Shown: in pieces, positions 1 to 12,827 of the stretch
How positions within the stretch are numbered: the stretch's first letter is position 1
Layout of the letters: each line of letters starts with the position of its first letter
From: Perkinsus chesapeaki ATCC PRA-425
Lineage: Eukaryota > Protista > Perkinsozoa
Length of the DNA stretch: 64,000 bases
Assembly: GCA_013115145.1 (NCBI GenBank)
Contig: JAAPAO010000062.1
Span: forward strand, 32,577-96,576
Direction of reading: 5' to 3'
Notes under the pieces: generated by a model
The model's database searches: none
What the model saw: only the letters and a program-made list of their open reading frames with translations
Told to the model about the DNA's origin: nothing
Translations under genes and position numbers: made by a program

Positions 1-919
1 CCATTGGTAGAGTGGATAGTCAGACCCGTTTCGAGGAAAGAAATAATGCAATAGTGTCTGCCTATACTGGCCTATGGTGTCGATAGAAAGCCCACCATGG
101 GGGGCACTAGGTTCATTATAGATTGAGTGTGATGGAGGGCCAAGGCTTATTACTTACCGTAGGGAGTAATAAGCCTCGCTCTTCTCCCATCACACAGTGT
201 AATCATCAATACTTACGTTATTAGAGGCATCAAAGAGCCAGAACGATATGATAAATATAACAGTAGCATAACGATGATCAGTGTCTCGATCACCGAGCAA
301 TACACCAAGGTCCAATGACCATGCTATTAGAAACAAAGATACCAACAATATCAATGTACCACCCAACGCGTATCTACATACACCATACAGCTGAACGAGA
401 ATGAACAGTGTAATACGGTCGTCGACGTCCCCATTTGTGTTCGCATTGGTCACTGAGTCTACCCACCAGGGGCTGCACCAGCATGCCTGTGATAGGGCCA
501 CACAGCCAGAGGTAAGACGACATGCTCTCAGATATACCTATATGCGAGGAGGACCGCTGCGGGTGGCTGGACGAAGGGTATGCTACCGAGCTTCATGCCA
601 AAGGGAGTTAATAATGCGAATTGGAGAGCGAAACCGAATGACACTCCGAAGGGGCCGACAGTGAGGAGGAGGATCCACCTGACACATCCAGAGGGAGGAG
701 TGGTGTAATATCCCCACAGAGTTACAAGAACCCCAGAGGAGAGTTCAGCTATCGGAGCTTTATTTAACCACCTTAATCACGTGTAAGTGATAAATTGAAC
801 TAATCTCTATTAAAGTGCATCTCCAAGTGAGCCACAGTACTGCGTTGGAGATAAGACCCACACAGAGTTAGTCGAACTCACCAAAGTGGTCGAGTCGATA
901 TATTATCTTCATCAGTCAT
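1..919 (-). CDS. SLC45 / sucrose-H+ symporter (GPH family) transporter, multi-exon, 3' end runs off the window
   Basis: Spliced reading gives RWILLLTVGPFGVSFGFALQFALLTPFGMKL|GISESMSSYLWLCGPITGMLVQPLVGRLSDQCEHKWGRRRP|YALGG...FWLFDASNN, matching the plant SUT/SLC45 N-terminal motifs (GxQFGWALQLSLLTP, WLCGP...VQP.VG..SD, GRRRP). The start codon at 919 is tentative. Confidence 0.75.
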
Positions 920-1023
920 CTCTCTATATCGTACCGATGGGCAAAAGCTCATAAGCTACTACCCCGCCCACTATCACCAACAAACACAATCCTCACATGG
1001 CTTAAAATGAAACAGTTGATATA

Positions 1024-2305
1024 TTAACACATTATAGTCTCATCACAATACCAGCAACACTGCCTGCCAGCCGCATCCACTCTACTAGCTGGGATCACCT
1101 CCCGCTGACCGTTCCCTTCTTTAGAAACACATCGCTCATTCCCACACTTCACACCGCCGCCAAACGTGACGTCTGTCCATGGCTTCCGGCCCGCAGCTCC
1201 GAGACCGCGCAGCAAAACTATGCGCAAAAAATAACCGTTTCGGCTTTGCTCGTCCCACCCATTCAGGGAAGTCTCGTCGATTTCGTACGGGATCGTCGGG
1301 AACCTCGAATCCCGTGGGAGAGGATGGAAAAACTTACAATCCTTCGGAACTTTATCGACCATAGTGGCAGGATCAAACGTGACCGCGCGCCTCAAAACTG
1401 CCGATCTTTGCTGCTGGTCTTCGTCCATTCTTTCCAACTGTATTCGAGTGAAGTACCAAATGTTCGCTACGTCACTCTGCGATAGATACTCCTCAAGGGA
1501 CGCGAATTGCCGTACATCATATCCCAGAGATATCATCCTGTCCGTATAAGCTTGAGGCATTCCTATTTCATCTGGAGCGACCAGATCGACTTTAACATTA
1601 TCGAAGACACGCAAACCGTTGACTTTTGAATGGACCGTTCGGCCGTTCTTGAGATCACCGATAAGGGCGACGTGAATCTTATGGAAGTCGGATGGCTCCA
1701 CCCCTATCCGCTGGAACTCGAGGTCCTCCTCGCGGCTCTGCAGCCTTTTGATGTGCTCCACGAAAGTGAACTGATCGAGTAGCTCCTGTGTCGGGTGCTC
1801 GTGCGATCCATCGCCAGCATTTATGAAAATAGGAGTTTTGATGCCGTGCAGTTCAGCATATTTCACCATAGCGTACTCAAGCCAGCGGCAAACGCCCTCC
1901 AGCTTGGAACGAATCACAAAGGTCGTTCTCCCCACTGGCGAGTAACCGACGAGCATCTTAATGGTGTCGGTGATGGTCTCTGATTTTTGGAAACTACTTG
2001 TTTGGCAGTCGAAGACGTTAACTTTGACATCGTGGAACTTGGCGGCATTCAGAAAGGATTCTCTCGTTCTGGTGGAGTTCTCCATAAAGATGAGATACAC
2101 GCAGGATTGAGGGTCGTCAACCTGATCGATTTGCGCACTATGAAAGATACGCCAATAAGCATCTTAGGCGCCCTACCCGAGCTCCAGTTCTCAGAACATC
2201 AACCGGATCGGAAAAGACTTCCTTCAGCCTTATCGCATCAGCCAGGATGCGACGCCTTTCCTCTACAGAGACGTCATCGATCACACAGAGGCTTCGAGGG
2301 TCCAT
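1024..2305 (-). CDS. pyrB: Aspartate carbamoyltransferase catalytic chain fused to a C-terminal PyrI-like zinc domain; 2 exons (2305-2219, 2121-1024)
   Basis: Motifs FMENSTRTRESF, INAGDGSHEHPTQELLD, GDLKNGRTVHS, FTRIQLER, HPLPR. C-terminus CGNERC...CWYC. The GT-AG intron 2218-2122 joins MDPRSLCVIDDVSVEERRRIL in frame. Confidence 0.92.
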
Positions 2306-2888
2306 CGCTCAAAAGATGCTGGGGCAGCTCTATCAAATAACTTCAAAGAATGCAGCTTTGAATCTTTCAGTCTGACAGCAGGGCTACTTCGAACCGTACT
2401 ATGATGTTGACTTTTGAACATCCCCGTTATGGGTAACGAAAGCAAAATCGATCAGAATGGCGCGCGCTAGCCGCATCGCCTGAAACTCAGCTTTTTTAGA
2501 CAGCGCTGCTTCTAAGGTTGAACTCTAGAAGCTTTGACACACAATTTCGGCGGATGAGTAGACGACTCGTTCATTATGTTGCTGGGTGCATGTAGGATAG
2601 TATATGGCAATGCTGATGATAAGTATGACGCCGAAGTGGACGTATTTTGTATCTTCCTGGGTCAACCTTAAGATGCGCGTTGATGTGAAATTGCGCCGAT
2701 CTGAGCTTCAGTTAGGCTGTGTCGTGTAGCAAGCGTTTTGTCGTCTGAATTTTTGGTCGATCAGGACTAGTTCGCTCCTAGTGAAGCGCAATTATACCGT
2801 GAATCCTTGGTTAAACTATGCGAGATACATATTAGGTCAGATTGACATGCCTGCTATTTAGTTTTCTTCCACTAGTTCTCTTATAGAG

Positions 2889-3202
2889 ATGTCCTGCAAG
2901 TCCGGCTGCGCTAGCTTCTGCGCTGTCCTTTCAGCTGGTAAGTTCCTCTCTTCTCTATTTATCAAATCATCTTACTCTCAGTTGCCGTACCGGTACTCGT
3001 TTACTTCGCCCTTTTGTGCGGCTCTGGCTCTCGCCTTATTGAGGTTGCTGATGCCAAAAAGCCTTCTGCCGCCGTTGGTTGCTGGATCTCTGCCGCTCTT
3101 TACGCATTGACTTTCATCGGCTGCTACGCCTACAAGAAGAAGCTTAATCGTCAAGAGAAGGCTCAGGCTCAAGCTAACTATCAGTTGGCTGCCGCCGAGT
3201 AG
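2889..3202 (+). CDS. RNASEK: V-ATPase subunit f / ribonuclease kappa family small two-TM protein; intron 2938-2981
   Basis: Spliced product MSCKSGCASFCAVLSAVAVPVLVYFALLCGSGSRLIEV...AAVGCWISAALYALTFIGC follows the RNASEK pattern (C..C.VLS TM1, LIE loop, C.IAA.LY TM2). Confidence 0.65.
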
Positions 3203-4710
3203 TTATCCCCACTCCAACAACAGTTCACTGTTAAGCAAGAAAGACAGCGGCGCTTCTATAGTACAGTATTTACGACGACACTTCTGATGGCTGCCAATAG
3301 CTGGTGGTTGATTGTCCCATGAATCCTGCTACTAAAACCACAACAAGTCATCGCTCCATTGGTTCTCTTCAACAACAGTAAGTCACTCATCTTTCACTGA
3401 TGAGCATTATTTCATCCTCAGTTACCTTCAATTTGCTGCTTAACCGCGCAACACCAGCGGCCTCGGTGATTCCGTAGCCCATTCGATCGACCCTCTACTG
3501 TGTGTTGTGATTCCTTAATAGGACCATTACTCTCAGTGGTGGTGTTCGGAAGGCAGAAGTGGCTGAAGTGTTACTATTGTTGATGCATCTTACTGTGGAC
3601 TAGTCGCTTGGTTTTTTATACATTTGCGTGAAGTATTCAAAAGTGTTATTTTTGTCAATTAATGGGCCAACGGTGTCATATCGCAGTTGTTGTTTTCATA
3701 CCGACTTTCGCTCAGATCTACATCTTTGGTTATGTAAGATTCTTTCATAATTTTTGTTACAAGTAGGTTATTGTAGGTTCTGCCAGGACATAGAGCGTTT
3801 CCTAACACTCACAGCAACTCACGCCCATCTGTTCCACACGGGGTTTGGGGGCTCTTCTATCACTCCCTCTAAAGTGGACATAGCTAATGAAGACTATATC
3901 ACTACACTATCAGAAACACAACGCAGCTGCGGTCGAGATTCTGACACCTCTAGCTGTCAGCATCAAAGCATGGATTCCGAATTAGCCGATGAGTTCGGTC
4001 TTGCTATAGAAGAGTGCCTCGAAATATGTGCTCGGTGGGGCCTGGACGATGTCACGTCGGAAGCTGCAGAGAGCGACGCATCCGACGAGCCGTGGGTGCT
4101 GCTGTCTGATGAAAACGAGAACGAAGGTTTTATTGTTGTTGCCCAAGAGAACTGAATCGTTTTATTAACTGCAAAATTAACGGAAATGAGCCTGTCATAT
4201 CTTGAGTTGCGTTACTTAGTGACAACACAAAGCAAAGGCGATACAGATCAATTTGAAATTATGGTATAGAAGGACAGTTTGTATCAGACAATGGTTTACA
4301 ATGGAGAAGCTTTCCCTTCCTCAAGAGTTTGTAATTCATGATTAACCTGAGACATTCGATCATTATATGACCCAGAGAGCTGGTAAACCCACCACTTCGC
4401 GGCCTCTGTCGGCTAGATCCGCTCGTCGATTCTCATCGCTGGATGATAGTGTGCCCATGTTATCGTCTAGGAATTGCAGGGCACGTCTTCCTAAATTAAA
4501 TATTGAACTAATGGATGTTATAAATCATTACGTCGGTCATCGAACTCCCTCTTGGCGCTGGATGCCATCGAAGCAGCTTGGTCTGAAGGAGGATAGAATA
4601 ACAGAGACCAAGTCTAATGGCTAGTGTTACCAGTTGCATCACTGAAGAGAGCTCTGCTGTGTGCTTGGGCATGGGCGGTGGCAGAGGGGCCGTAAAGCCT
4701 GATAATAACA

Positions 4711-4784
4711 TACTGGAACCGAGAATCGAACTCGGAACCTATCGCGTGTGAGGCGATCGTCATAACCAACTAGACCATTCCAGC
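4711..4784 (-). tRNA. tRNA-Val(CAC)
   Basis: GCTGGAATGGTCTAGTTGGTTATGACGATCGCCTCACACGCGATAGGTTCCGAGTTCGATTCTCGGTTCCAGTA folds into a cloverleaf; anticodon stem ATCGC/GCGAT, loop CTCACAC. Confidence 0.93.
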
Positions 4785-4828
4785 CGTGGAAAATAACGCG
4801 AAGCACGAACGCCCTCGAGCTGGTTGTC

Positions 4829-6224
4829 TTACATGTCCGAAGGCACGCTCTCCGAGTTATTTCGGCCATGACGAAGCCGCAGTCCTCCACACATTCTGGT
4901 CATCACCGCGTATAAACTGCCACACACTCTATCGAAAAATGGCCTGAAATAGGAACCAAGAATCGACCGGACGAGATCTACGTGTAATAATCGATTATTA
5001 TTCATCTCTATATTCACCTGGGTGAACCTCAGATATGAGCTCCCGTTCAAAATGACCATTCCTATCGCGGGTCTATTAGACTGATTATTAAACTCCCGAC
5101 CTCAACGGCGCACAATGAGGCCGTTTATATCGCTAGTTCTACTCAAGTCGACGTTGAAGAAGGACCTGCTCACCTCAGAGCCTTCGGGAACATTGAAGCA
5201 AAGCGGAAATCATTGGAGTGATCACCGTACTGCTGGGCAAAGTAAAAATACCTACACTACAATCATCACCATCAGGAGGAGGAGGAGGAGGAGGTATGAT
5301 CTCAAACCCTATCACATGTAATATCGAATGTAAACCCATCCGGAGATGAAGGCACCGGCTGTCAGAGCCACGTCATGGTGGGCTGGAGAAGTTGCCGGTG
5401 ATAAAACAGCTACTATTAACTGATAAGAGGACAGATAGACGCCAGTTCAAGTAACGGTGTTATTACAGCGATCACAAGGAGGGTAAACGGGAGATGCTCC
5501 GCTTCAATGGACTGAAAAACAGTACCACCATTTTGCACGCATGCGCATGAATTACCCTGTGATGAGGTATCCTGACGAGCTTCATGGTCGGGAAAGCTTG
5601 CTTAACCCCGATTGCTAGAGCACAGTCTAGACCGGAGATAGTTGCTGTGGGTTGAAACCTGTAGCTCAAAATATCCAAAAAGATTCCGCCCGTTATAGCT
5701 CACCAAATAACCTCAGATCGAGTCACGTAATAATTGATGACTCGACAGATGAATGCAAACACTCCGGAGAAAACTGAGCGATGAAGACAATGGTATCAAA
5801 GCTCCACGCGTGCACATTACATGCTGTTAAAATGATAAATTTGACCAGCATCTTAGACCCCCATAGTGGCTCCAGTAGACTTGTCAACCACACAGCCAAC
5901 GGATAGTGGAACACAAACCGCACTATACTTGGGTCATATAGCGAACTCTGAATCACCACCTTAGAACCCCCCGTGTCACCGCCCGGTTATCACCGTTATT
6001 AAGTTCCAAAATCGTGGTATAGGTAGCAATGCTCCAGAAGCTGGATAAATGGTCCGCGCTGGAACTAGACCAATAAACTCCCCAACAGCATTCGGCCAGA
6101 TCCAGCTCAACACGGAGAGGCAAGGAACCACGCCAAGCAAGAGTATTCGGGAGAGGCTCTTGCTGCTTGTATGGTGATACGCTACTGGCGCCGACTCTGA
6201 TGACCGGATATCAGAGGAATTCAT
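4829..6224 (-). CDS. TMEM115: TMEM115 / DUF1751 rhomboid-like Golgi membrane protein, multi-exon
   Basis: Exons give LVPARTI...FWNLIT|SSLYD...LTSLLEPLWGSKML, LAIGVKQAFP, YGDHSNDFRFASMFPKALR|PFFDRV; LLEPLWG and GD....F.FA..FP are TMEM115 hallmarks. Confidence 0.75.
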
Positions 6225-6465
6225 AACTCGACAAACTGATTGAAAAACCGTAAAATGATCTTCGCCGTCCCCGTGATGATGATGACCGATGTACTATATC
6301 AACGCAAGAACCCGATATTAGAAACGAAACGGTGGCAGGAGCTCCTCTTTTTTGTTGTTATTCTTCAGTAAGCAACCTATACGGGGTGTAAAAGTGTAGC
6401 ACAGAAACGCCAGCCAGCCAGACAGATACGGTTTCATCATCATCAATAAAAACCACAGTAACAGC

Positions 6466-7212
6466 TCAGACATAATTATTACGGATTGCAAAGTCCACCA
6501 CAGTGAATACGGCTGAGCAGAGAGAATTATTTTTCTGACACCTCTAGCTACTGTCCTACCTGCAGATGCCACACTGTATTTGGCCATTGCCACCCAACTA
6601 CCACTAGTAGCTTTGAATAAAGCACCGCTTAACGCACCAGCGCCAACAGCATTCCATTGGTCATCCTTTCCCCCTCGAGCCCAGGAAACCATACCGTTAA
6701 AAGCGACATAATACATCGCTACGACGGAGAATCATTCCCAGTATTCTAGCTCTTCTATTATTACTTATTATTGCCGCTTGATTAGCCAAGGCTGGTCCCT
6801 GCGTCGACATGGCATTCATCACAGCATTAACACGCAGCTTGGATGTTGCACCGCCCTTCTGTAAACCAGTTAAGAGACCAAAGGTACCGCCCACCAACAT
6901 ACCTACAACGACCAACACTAAACCTTATCTACCATTATAAAAAGCAGCGTACCAGTACCGTACGACAGACCAACTGAATATGTCATTTTATCGCCAAATT
7001 GCCTGCCATATCCTTGCAAGTACAGATTGTCCGGCACGGACTTGTGGTTCACCGCCGACTAAAACAGGCCAGAAAAATCCTATTTTGCGCCGGTTTTTGT
7101 CGTTTCTCGCAGCAGCCTGATTTCGCACCTGTCGTTTAGCTTGGTTCAATATACCAACCGATTGTACGCCTCCTGTGTTTAAATAATCATCAGTTTCCGT
7201 GGAGGCAGACAT
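6466..7212 (-). CDS. TIM23: Mitochondrial inner membrane translocase Tim17/22/23 family, TIM23-like, multi-exon
   Basis: TYSVGLSYGTG, GGTFGLLTGLQKGGATSKLRVNAVMNAMSTQGPALANQAAI, RGGKDDQWNAVGAGALSGALFKAT; last exon AVFTVVDFAIRNNYV*. Confidence 0.85.
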
Positions 7213-7265
7213 TATTACGCTGGTGGAAAAATATCGATTGTATGGGCGCGCGCTAAACGAAACAC

Positions 7266-10200
7266 TCAACACGGCAGCCGGCGCGTCACCGGCGGTGACA
7301 CAAGGCGGGTGTTAAACTCAAGGACTGATGTTAAGTACGACTGTGATGAGAAACTCTGTATAACTGGGAGGACGGTCTCGGCCCATTGCTCGTTCCAGTC
7401 GATCTGCCGCCATGCTCTGGCTTTCTCCATCATCGATGATCTGATAGAAAAATAGGAAAATTACTTCACCCTTACGTCCCCTTTCTAGGGTAGCTCTATG
7501 AAGCTCTATATCACACGATTGGCCGGCAGCTTCTAACTCCATAAGGAATAAGGAGAAGGCAGACTAATTCGACGGCTGCCCGGAAATCGACACGCAACCA
7601 AGTGAGTTCCTGGATGTTGACCGTTCTTCGTTCTTACCGAAGTTTCACCGAACGATCTCCTTCTAAGGCAAGTTTGGTGAATAAGTTGACAACATCATGT
7701 GATGTATTGAATGTTAATACACCAGCGGCATCGGCTGAAAAGGTAAGAAGATACCCGGGAAAGCGACAATGGGAGGGTAGGTGATCGTTGGTTGGCGGGC
7801 GAAGGTGTAATTATGATGTACATTGCGGAATGGATGTTTCAAGCGATTGATGGGCTTAGAAGAGGTCGAATATATTGCTTTTCTGCGATATTTGACAAGT
7901 TCGACCCTGTAAATTCTAGCAATGCAAAATATAGAGCCCAGATAGCTCAGTTGGGAGAGCGCCAGACTGAAGATCTGGAGGTCCTCAGTTCGATCCTGGG
8001 TCTGGGCATTTTCGAAATTAGAGCATTTAATTCGCTTTAAAACCTTCTTCATCAATGCCACACGATCTGCAAGTATCACATGAAAATTCAGCCGTCCCGT
8101 CTCACCAAGCTCTCCAAATGCCTCAAAGTCTCGTCCCATGACTGGAAGCTCAGCACCCAACATATCGACAACCTTCATTGGTAAATCCAAACCAGATGAT
8201 GATTGATGCAATGATATACCCATCTCAACAGAACCTATTACGTTGCGTACGAGACCATCCAATTACGACCGCGCGCCACGAAATATAGCTACCCAGCAGA
8301 AGAGGATAGTCGGACGCTGATAACCACGGTGTGTAGAGCTTCACATTCGTGAGCTTTAAATCATCGAAGGCTCGAACGAAGGCCTCTTTGCATGGCCCTT
8401 TACCGGTTATGAAGAATACCTAATAATAGGTTGTAAAGGTATGGATAGGTATGTAATATATAATAATATTATAGAGTTGGAATATTAGATTGGATTAAGG
8501 ATATAGAAATAATGGAATTGAAGTTGACATGAGAAAATTTCCAAGGACTAAATCGTACAGCCTACAACTACACTGTTCTTTACTCTGCAAATTACACATC
8601 ATTGATCCATTTAAGCCTACGCAGGTTACATTAACTAGGTGGTTAACGGGACGGAAGTGTACGAGCTATCAGGCAAGTAGGTAACTAAGTTATTTAAATT
8701 ATTATTTGATTATTACTAAATATTTATTTATTTTTATTTAATTAAATGTTTATTTGTGTTACGGGTCAATTCAACTTTACTGACAATACAAAAGCGAAGC
8801 CACTCCATACGGTGTCCAATTCAAGAGTTACCAAATTCATTTTGTCCTTCCTCAATAGATAATCTATCTCCACTAGACCCGGCAATAGCATCATGAAATC
8901 TTCATCTGGCGTCCATGAAGTACCTTAGATGAATATGCATAAATTCATATCCTCAATTCTCGAATATCGAAGTTTCACAGAACATTATTTCAATAAATCG
9001 CAAAATTCACCGATTGTCATTTCATCTGGTGAAGCATATCTTTGCGAGCGTGCAAAACCGCGATCAGCGATGACTTCTTACACAAGGTAGAGTTGAGAAG
9101 CTAGTCCGTACAAAGATGAGGTAGAAATTATGTTAAGAAAAAACATCTTCAAAATAGCAGGGACGACACGGTAATAAAACGCTAAAGACAAACTGGATGT
9201 CCAATACTGATCGGAAGCGAGGAGAAAAGTCTCTTTGAATCCTGGTGATAAGGCAAGCTAATTAGCTTAGACTCAGCAGCAGTCATTCAATTGCACCAGA
9301 TTGATAAGAAATTAGATATCATCCCACCATCGAGGGCCTATTAAAATAAAGCACAGTATTAATATTACTCGACACCATCGTAACAACATTCGAGCTACTG
9401 CTTGTTAAGTCCTCCTGTACACCATAATCTTCCTGTAGTTTATTATAAAGAATCCGTCGTTCATTAACTGACGCTCGACCGCGGAACCTTCCCTTTAACG
9501 GTCTATCGTAACAAGTGACCACATGTGATACCTAAACACAGGGAGATATGATCTCACGTATTTGCAAAGCTAATTATAATCCAGCTCAAAGTATACTTTC
9601 ACCTGGTAAACTACCACCAATCGATTTTAGAACTAAACTGGTTCACACGTTATAATCCGTATGGCATGTCCGCCCTAATAGTAACTTAATAGGTACTGTG
9701 TATCATATTTTTATTCTCCTTCTTACGCAGCACCGATCCCTTCAACCGTATGCCGTAAGTGAGGGGCTTGCCGTCTATCTTCTCAGTAGTTATACTGTTT
9801 CTTTTCTCAGGTAGCGCTCGCCTTCACCAGGCAGACAGTAGCTCTATAAGTTTCAGTTACTAGAAAAAACCGAGCCCTCCGAAATGTAGAAACAATATTA
9901 TGTACTACAACAGTAATCGAGGTCCAAAACCTCCCGAAAAGAGCTATATTACTAATAGTAAACACATAGCAATCTCCTATCCAGCTATATCGTCTCCTCC
10001 TCCTCCTACAATGTCGACAATCAAAGCCTTTCCGAGCCCCCCAGATACCACTATTATCACCTTCCACTTATCCCTCAAGAATCCTCCCATTTTATGGGTT
10101 ACACATAAGCCAAAGTCACATCTAGAGGCCCAAAACGATTCGTAGATTTCACTTAACCGTACGAGAATGTTGCGCTGACCAAGTTTCTCAGCAAGAATAG

Positions 10201-11707
10201 TGTACCTAATAATAAGGAATGGCACGCATTATGTAACGATGAGGAAGGCTCTATTATTGGAGAAAGTAGTTAACAGCATGTTGCTAAAGGAGAAATATTT
10301 TATTAAGTCGGGGAACAAGGAAAGTGAGATATGGAATATATAATGCAAAGTGTCAGCAATGTCTACATTATACAGTGGAATGTGAAATCGTCACCGATAT
10401 TCAATCGTTACTACGTTGCTGATAATTGATTATTATTAATTACGAGCAAATCATTGATAATTAATCGTAATTGGTGTTAATTAGTTCTTTTCGTCAAACC
10501 ATAACGGAGATTGAAGCCCTGTTTCAAAAGTCAGCAAGATGCTTTTCACGCAATGACCTCAGTTTATGTTACGTCATTACGAGTCACAGTCACTCGCCAC
10601 AAAATTCCGAGCTGCTTACGCTAGGTTATGGAAATCCACTATCAATTTGGAATGCCTTAAGAACGCTACCGTACTGGCGACCATTAAAGTCGGAATAGCT
10701 GGTGGAGTTTGAACCTGGAGTCCAGCCACAAAGATAGTCACAATCGATCACGTGATCGATTACCATAATGAGTTGCGGCCTCGGAGTTTCAACCAGCAAT
10801 ACCCAGAGCAGTTGACCACCCTCGAATGCTAACTTGCATGCGGCATACAGAATGTATCTGGTGGTGGAAAAACTGATAGAAAAACCGTATTTGAAACTGA
10901 CAATAACTTACGGTATTGCGAACCTGGATGCAAAGGGCTTGATGTGCCGCAACTTAATATGCTCTGATTCAACAACCTCTCTCGTCGGCTGTGACCTGAC
11001 ATCATCATCACGATGCAGCTTGCAAAACCCAAAACCCAAAACCCGAAACCCAACTTGGAGACTAGCATGAAGATTTTTAATTTTAGCGTAATAGTTTTTA
11101 GTATCTTCCCATCTTAGCGTAATGACGTCAAAAAATGAGTTCGCTTTGCAAAAGTAAGAACACCATGATGAAGGAAGAGTGATATTATTTTATCCTCTAT
11201 TTTTATAGATATCATAAGTATCATTGTAGACCATAAGATGTACATTACCTTACTGGGATCATCCCTGAGGGATATAAGGTAATCCGCCATCAATAATAGA
11301 TAATAATAACGTATAATAACAAATAGTACAACACACTGAAATTTAGTAGGATTCATTATCAATCATTTATGTTGGTTCTATTTACCGTAATGATATTACT
11401 ATAAGATGATGAAGAGGGAGGAAGTCATCTACATCTTTACTACCCCGGATATCCAACCAGAACAACGTCCATACCCGCCTGATTCGCCAGTGACAAGGAA
11501 TGATATCTGACCCGAAAAATATCTTTACGCACTGCGGAGAATTTAAGATACTTACTGCATTCTAGGAGAATGGCCAACATCCCCCAAGACCAACACAATA
11601 GCAAGCTTTCGCTGAGATTCATGATAAGGTCGATAGAGAATATACGCAAACACCAGTAGCACGGCGATGACAATTCCTACTAGTATGAGAGTCGCCGCCG
11701 CCATCAT
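7266..11707 (-). CDS. ALG1: Chitobiosyldiphosphodolichol beta-1,4-mannosyltransferase, multi-exon
   Basis: N-terminal TM (MMAAATLILVGIVIAVLLVFAYIL), then AIVLVLGDVGHSPRMQ|YHSLSLANQAGMDVVLVGYPG. C-terminal signature SLHQSSSGLDLPMKVVDMLGAELPV...GEL|ADAAGVLTF...KLR|SSMMEKARAWRQIDWNEQWAETVLPVI. Middle exons not resolved. Confidence 0.88.
7936..8008 (+). tRNA. tRNA-Phe(GAA), nested antisense in ALG1 intron 7735-8105
   Basis: GCCCAGATAGCTCAGTTGGGAGAGCGCCAGACTGAAGATCTGGAGGTCCTCAGTTCGATCCTGGGTCTGGGCA is a canonical cloverleaf with anticodon loop CTGAAGA. Confidence 0.95.
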
Positions 11708-12827
11708 AATCGATCATAAAAAAACTAAAGGGAGGGTCCATAACAGAGAGGCTAGTCAGGTTTATGTTGTAGCAGGTTTCTTGTCGTTGCTTTCGATGGC
11801 TTTGAAGACTGGCTGAAAAGAGTATCGGGTAACAGCCAGATACTCTCCACCGGGCAGAGTAATAAGAACCACATTGATATATCAACAACTACTCGGGGCT
11901 TCCCAATCCCCGCTTTTGCTGTGCGTTTTTATGATAAGGCAATCGGCACGAATAAGACAGAGCGAGCTGCCGAGGAAAGGATCATATTATACCCCGTAGC
12001 GCCAATAAGTGCATTAACAAATATGATAGTGATAGACAGTGCTCCTAACTTACGAGTTATCTCATCGGATTTGAGTTTGATCTGGGACTAGAGGAAAAAC
12101 ACACTTACAGCTGAACTTGGTCACTACAAATATCCAACAAATAATAACCGAATATGGATAAATAATACCATACTTCCCTCAGCTCCTACAAATATCACGC
12201 CTCCAATACATAAGTGAATCAATAATATCATATTTCCCCCAACTCTTACAACTATCAACACCACACACTATCATAATGTAATACTCTTCCTATCAAGTAC
12301 TAATACCCTCTCTATGAGGCTTCCTCTTCCTCAGTACTACCAGCAGCATTCGCTGTGGTGGAGTCCTTCACCGCTGCATCGGTTGCCGAGCTAGTTGCAC
12401 CTGATAATAACTAATAACCAAGCGAGCTGCTAGTGGCATGTGAACAAGATCGTCGGACGGAGAGATCAACACTAAATTGCGACCGTATTAGCATTGCAGC
12501 TGCAGGTTATCTGCTAACCTTGGCTTGGGCACGGATCAATACCTTCGCGTCGGGCGATGATATAAACACTGTGACCTTGGGAAACTCAGCCAATCTTGCA
12601 AGAATCGAGCGCCCGGAAATTAGTGTTATTCTTATCAATATAACCTCAGCCCTATCCAAAGCTTCCGCCGGCACTCCCTATTACGGAATATTATCAATGT
12701 CTAAATCGACCTAATACTAATATTACTCAGAGCATCTTCTCCTATTTTATCTTTTCACAACAACTACTAATAATTTCACAAAATTCAAAATGCACCCAAA
12801 AATGGCCTTGCCCCACATGCCCCCCCA

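Noticed and set aside
3754-4624. ORFs 3754-4155 and 4367-4624 as genes
   Set aside because: No recognisable motif and no consistent splice model on either strand; may be a real gene, but I cannot support a call.
7571-7593. GTGTCGATTTCCGGGCAGCC (minus strand) in the last ALG1 intron as a tRNA-Gly T-arm relic
   Set aside because: Too many mismatches in the B-box core to distinguish from chance; worth rechecking only if the genome-wide pattern holds.
7714-8262. 182-aa ORF as a single protein (also ORFs 4639-4890, 46087-46344, 50693-50920, 60004-60210)
   Set aside because: These read through tRNA genes or introns. Only the 5' part of 7714-8262 is a real ALG1 exon; the rest is intron and antisense tRNA.
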